A DNA stretch of 64,000 nt from the human T2T-CHM13v2.0 reference genome, Homo sapiens. Below, piece after piece: positions 59,525 to 64,000 of this stretch (within the stretch, counting starts at the first letter, position 1; the number at the start of each line of letters is the position of its first letter). The position numbers and the translations under genes are program-made. Under the pieces are notes generated by a model. It had not been told where the DNA came from. It was given only the letters and a program-made list of their open reading frames with translations, and ran no database searches. The stretch is from NCBI RefSeq assembly GCF_009914755.1, contig NC_060926.1; one strand, written 5' to 3'.

Positions 59525-59905
59525 ATGGCCGATGCCCCTCCCCTTGTCAAGCTGCAGCATTGCAGGTCCATCTCAGACTGCTGGACTAGTAGTGAGCAAG
59601 GTTCCGTGGGTGTGGGACCTGCTGAACCAGGCACGGGAGGGTATCTCCTGGTCTGCTGGTTGCTAAGACTTTGGGAAAAGCACCATATTTGGTCAGGAGT
59701 GTACTGTTTCTCCAGGTATGGTCTGTCACGGCTTCCCTTGGCTAGGAAAGGGAAATCCCCCCACCCCTTGCACTTCCCGAGCGAGGTATGCCCCGCCCTG
59801 CTTCAGCTCATCCTCCATGGGCTGCACCCACTTTCCAACCAGCCCCAGTGCAATGAACCAGGTACTTCAGTTGGAAATTCAGAAATCACCCTTCTTCTGC
59901 ATTGA
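59525..59905 (+). CDS. ORF0: Putative L1 ORF0-like antisense ORF, 126 aa (expression unknown)
   Basis: MADAPP...SISDC...SVGVGPAEPG...WEK...FSR aligns by eye to ORF0 (MAGAPP...LISDCC...SVGVGPSEPG...SEK...FSR); same position in the 5'UTR; gcaATGG Kozak context. Confidence 0.6.
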   Translation: MADAPPLVKLQHCRSISDCWTSSEQGSVGVGPAEPGTGGYLLVCWLLRLWEKHHIWSGVYCFSRYGLSRLPLARKGKSPHPLHFPSEVCPALLQLILHGLHPLSNQPQCNEPGTSVGNSEITLLLH

Positions 59906-60524
59906 TCTCGCTGGGAGCTGCAGACTGGAGCTGTTGCTATCCAGCCATCTTGGAAGCAACCCTGAGAATTTCAAAATAAGTCTTTTAGAATCCTTACAAT
60001 GAGAATAAATTGATTACCAGCTGATAAATACAATAGCCATTTTTTACTTAGGTTATTAAAAATTAATATCTTTGTGTTAAAAACAAATGTTTTCACTTCC
60101 TCTGTCAGTAAATAGCATCATTATCTGTCTATTGGTCTATATCAGGATAATCACTTTCCATTTTCTTTATCTCCAACCCATACTGGAGTGTGAGGTTCTG
60201 TTGGTTATACCTCCTGGTTATCATTTGGCATTCTTTCTTTCCAATCATGCTGCCTCAGCCTTAATTCAGAATTATAATATCTGGCCTACTCTATAGCCAA
60301 TAGGTTGGTGTGTACATCTGGTAGATAATGTTCTAAACTTCATATATGATCTTAGTGACATCAATGGTACAATTTCACTTAGAGAATAAAGACTAACATT
60401 TTCCTTATGATCTGGAAGACCTTTTATATTATGAGCTCTGTCCATCCCCCCGCCCTACTTCCTATCATTTCCATATGACAACATACACTAGAGTTCAATG
60501 CACTTTTCGTGCCATTTTGGACAA

Positions 60525-63500
60525 GTGAAATTTTTTTTGAGGTTTCATCTTTGACTCATGAGTTAATAGATGTGTGTTGTCTGCTTTTCAAATATTCAGT
60601 GATTTTCCAGCTACCTTTATGTTATTGATTTCTAGTTTAATTCACTGAGTCCTGAGAACATACTTTGCATGGCTTTTATTCTTTTAAATTTGTTTTTGTA
60701 TGCTTTATGGCCCAGAATGTGGTTTATTTTGATGAATTTTTCATGTGTGCTTAAAAACAATGTGTATTCTGACATTGCAACGAGTATTCTATGAATGTCA
60801 AGTAGATCACATTGATAGTGCTATTCAGGTCGTCTATATCTTTACTGATTTCCTGCCTGCTTGCTCTATCAATTACTGACAGAGATATGTTGAAGTCTCC
60901 AGCTGGAAGAGTAGATTCATCTATTTCTTTTTGCAGTTTTATCTGGTTTTGCTTCAGGTGTTTTTATGCTTTTTTGTAAAGCGCATACACAGGATTATGT
61001 CTTTTTGGAGAATTGATCCCTTTATCATTCTGTACTGTCTCTATTCTGATAATTTTCTTTGTTCCGATGTCTGATTTGTCTGAAGTTAACATAATTACCC
61101 CAAATTTCTCTTGATTGGAGTTCGCATGATATATTTTTCTCCATATCTGTACTTTGAACCCATCTGAATCTTTATATTTAAGATGTTTCTTATAGATAAT
61201 GTGTAGTTGAATCTTGTTTTTTATTTAATCCAATCTGACAACATCTATATTTTATTTTATTATTTTTAGAGACTTTATTAACTTTCAGAGACATTATTAT
61301 TAACTAAATTTCACAGTTTATCATAGGGTCCAATTTTGGGTTGTACATTCTGTGAGTTTTGACAAATGCATAATGTCATGTCTCCACCATCACAGTATCA
61401 TACAGAATAATTTCAGTGCCCTAAAAATCCCCTGTGATTCATCTGTTTATCTCTCCCCTCTTCCTCCTGCCCATAATGGAACTCCTGGCAACAGTCAGTC
61501 CTTTTATTGTCTCTATAATTTTGCCTTTTATACAATATTATATAGTTGGAATCATACAGGGTGCAGGCTTTTCAAACTAACATCTTTTACTTAGCAATAT
61601 GCACTTAAAATCCTTCTTAAGTTCTTTAAGTTTTTTCATAGCTTGCTAACACATTTCTTTTTATCAGCAAATGATAATAAATTTTATGAATGTACCAGAA
61701 GTGTGTAATTTAAATTTGGTGTAAAGAAACACATCTTTATTACTTTCAATTTTTGGCAATTATGAATAAAACTGTTATAAACATTTGTGTGCAGATTTTT
61801 GTTTTAGATCTTTGTTGATTGTTTTCATTGTAGTTTTATAGTTTTCCTAATACAGATCGTATTGTTAGCTTTATAAATAGGTACTTAATTTTTTTGATTG
61901 GTGCTGATGTAAATGCTGTTTTTAATGTCAAATTTCACTTGTTCACTGCTGGTATACAGGAGAGCAATTGAATTTTGTTTATTAACCTCATATCTGGCAC
62001 CCTTGCTACAATTGCTTATTAGTTCCAGGAAATTTGTTTGTTGTTGTTAATTCATTAGATTTTCTACATAGTCATGTCATCCTCAAACAGTTTTTTTCCC
62101 CTAATCTGTACATCTTATTTCCTTTTCTTTTCTTATTGTGTTAGTTAGGATTTCCAGTAAAATGATGAATAATAATTGTGAGAGGGGATATTCTTGCCTT
62201 ATCCCCAATCTTAAAGAGAATGTAATTAGGTATTATAATAGATGTAGGTTTAAAAAACAAATTTTTAAACAAGTTGTGGAAGTTCTGCTCTATTTCTAGT
62301 TTGTTAGGAGTTTTTATCATGGACAGGTATGGAATTTTACACATGCTTTTTTTCCGCATCTCTTGATGTGATCACATGGTTTTTATTCTTTTGTGTGTTG
62401 ATATGATGAATTATATTTATTTTTTAAACATTTAAAGGCTGTTGAACCAGCCTTACATACCTGGAGTAGAACATGCAAGATTGCGGCATATAATTCTTTT
62501 TGTACATTGTTCAGTTCAATTTGCTTATATTTCATTGAGAAGTTTTGCATCAATATTCATGAAACATTTAAAAATATTTAGTGGCTGCCTTGGAATTTAC
62601 AATATGTAGCTTTTAAAACCTATAGCCTAATCCACTTTCAAATAACACTGTACAACTTCACATGTTGTGTAGATACTTTATAAGAAAGTATTCCCAGTTC
62701 CACCCTTCACTTCCTGTGAACTTGCTGCAATTCATTTCACCTATCCATATGCTATAATGACCCAATATATTGTTGCTATTGTTGCTTTTAACAAACAGTT
62801 ATCATTTAGGTCAATTAAGAATTAAAAAATGTGTTACCTTCATTTATTCTTTTTCTCACACTCTTTCTTTCTTTATGTAGATCCAAGCTCCTGATCTATA
62901 TTATTTATGTTGTGCCTAAAGAACTTCTTTTAAAATTTCTTGCAGGGCAGGTCTGTTGTGTATGAATTCCCTTAATGCAAGTTTGTCTGAGAAAGGTTTT
63001 TTATCTCTCTCTTATATTACCCATCTAGTCTTGCATTTCATTTTTTCCATTAGGCTCCTTAACCCTTTAATTATAGTTATTTTAAATTCCTTTCTGATAG
63101 TTCCAACATCTAAGTGAAATCCGATTCTAGTTCTGATGATTGATTTGTTTATTCAGATTGTGTTTTTCTTGCCTTTTGCCATGTCTTGCAATTTTTTTGT
63201 TGTTGAAATATGGACATGTTGTACCAGATTATAGGAGCTGAGGTAAACAAGTCTTTAGTATGAGAGTTTATGCTAATCTGGATAAGAATTGGGCTGGGTT
63301 AAATGTTAGCTGTAGCTGTAGGTGCCAGGGGCTTTGGCTTCTCTTGTGTTCTCATTTTTATCTCGACTTGACTTTGGCTTCCGTAAATACTCTCCCTCAG
63401 AGAAAATCCACGTCTTACTACTCTTTCAGCTGTAACCCATTATTATTATTCTGAGTCCCTGTGGAATAGTACAGTGTTGGGGAACAGAAATGTTCTATAA

Positions 63501-64000
63501 TCTGGTTACAGCTCAGCAATTACTAGGCTCTCAAGGCTGTAACCTTCACAAGTGATTTTCAAAGAGTACAGCATCCCCAACTCCATCTTTTATCCCTCTA
63601 CTTCTTTTCCTGCCAGAAACATTCCTAATCTATTTACTTAAGGCTATGACCCCTGTTGAGTGATTTTTCCCTTAGCTGAGACAGGAGAATGGAAGGGGCT
63701 GAATTAGGAGGAATTCCCTCCTCTCATCCTGGATAAGGTTCTGGCAAAGCATTTTTAACCTGAAGAGCAGGTCTTGATTATGGACTTATAGAGTAGACTC
63801 TGGGCTTATTTCACAACTATTTTCTTCTCTGCCCACCCTTCAACCACCAGAGCCACAGGAAATTTTTCTTGGATATTTACTGTGAGAAGCTAGTGGGATT
63901 CCTGAAGGTAAAGCTCATGATAGTATAAAGTTTCCCTCAAGATTGCAGCACCAAGATTTTCACTCCAAAGCTAGTCCACATTCAGCTTTCTATAATTCAT
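60525..64000 (-). mobile_element. Old L1M (L1MC/MD-like) fragments, partly nested
   Basis: Antisense endonuclease-region (gattttccagct...ttgatttctagtttaattc), 3'UTR (gagttttgacaaatgcataatgtc), RT-region (SMIKTPNKL) and 5'-region tracts. Confidence 0.7.

Overview
AT-rich, repeat-dense primate (human-like) DNA, intronic or intergenic. I recognise no host protein-coding gene, RNA gene or CRISPR array. Nearly all long ORFs in the track are fragments of LINE-1 (L1) ORF1/ORF2 or their antisense shadows. Main contents: (1) a full-length minus-strand L1PA3/PA4-like element (~4573-10741) with a 16-bp target-site duplication (TSD), a short 3' transduction carrying its own AATAAA and second poly(A), and the ~129-bp ZNF93-type 5'UTR segment; (2) a near-full-length minus-strand L1PA6/PA7-like element (~51382-59962) with an open, long ORF0, interrupted by a younger 5'-inverted (twin-primed) L1PA4/5-like copy whose TSD copies show opposite-strand CpG decay; (3) three further L1s with inverted segments; (4) Alu, THE1/MST/MLT1 solo LTRs, MER20, MER30, MIR and L2; (5) a local template-switch palindrome/triplication and several short candidate exons. 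I see no evidence for a wholly new biological system. The notable signals are mechanistic footprints of retrotransposition. Subfamily calls come from remembered consensus diagnostics and need RepeatMasker/Dfam confirmation.
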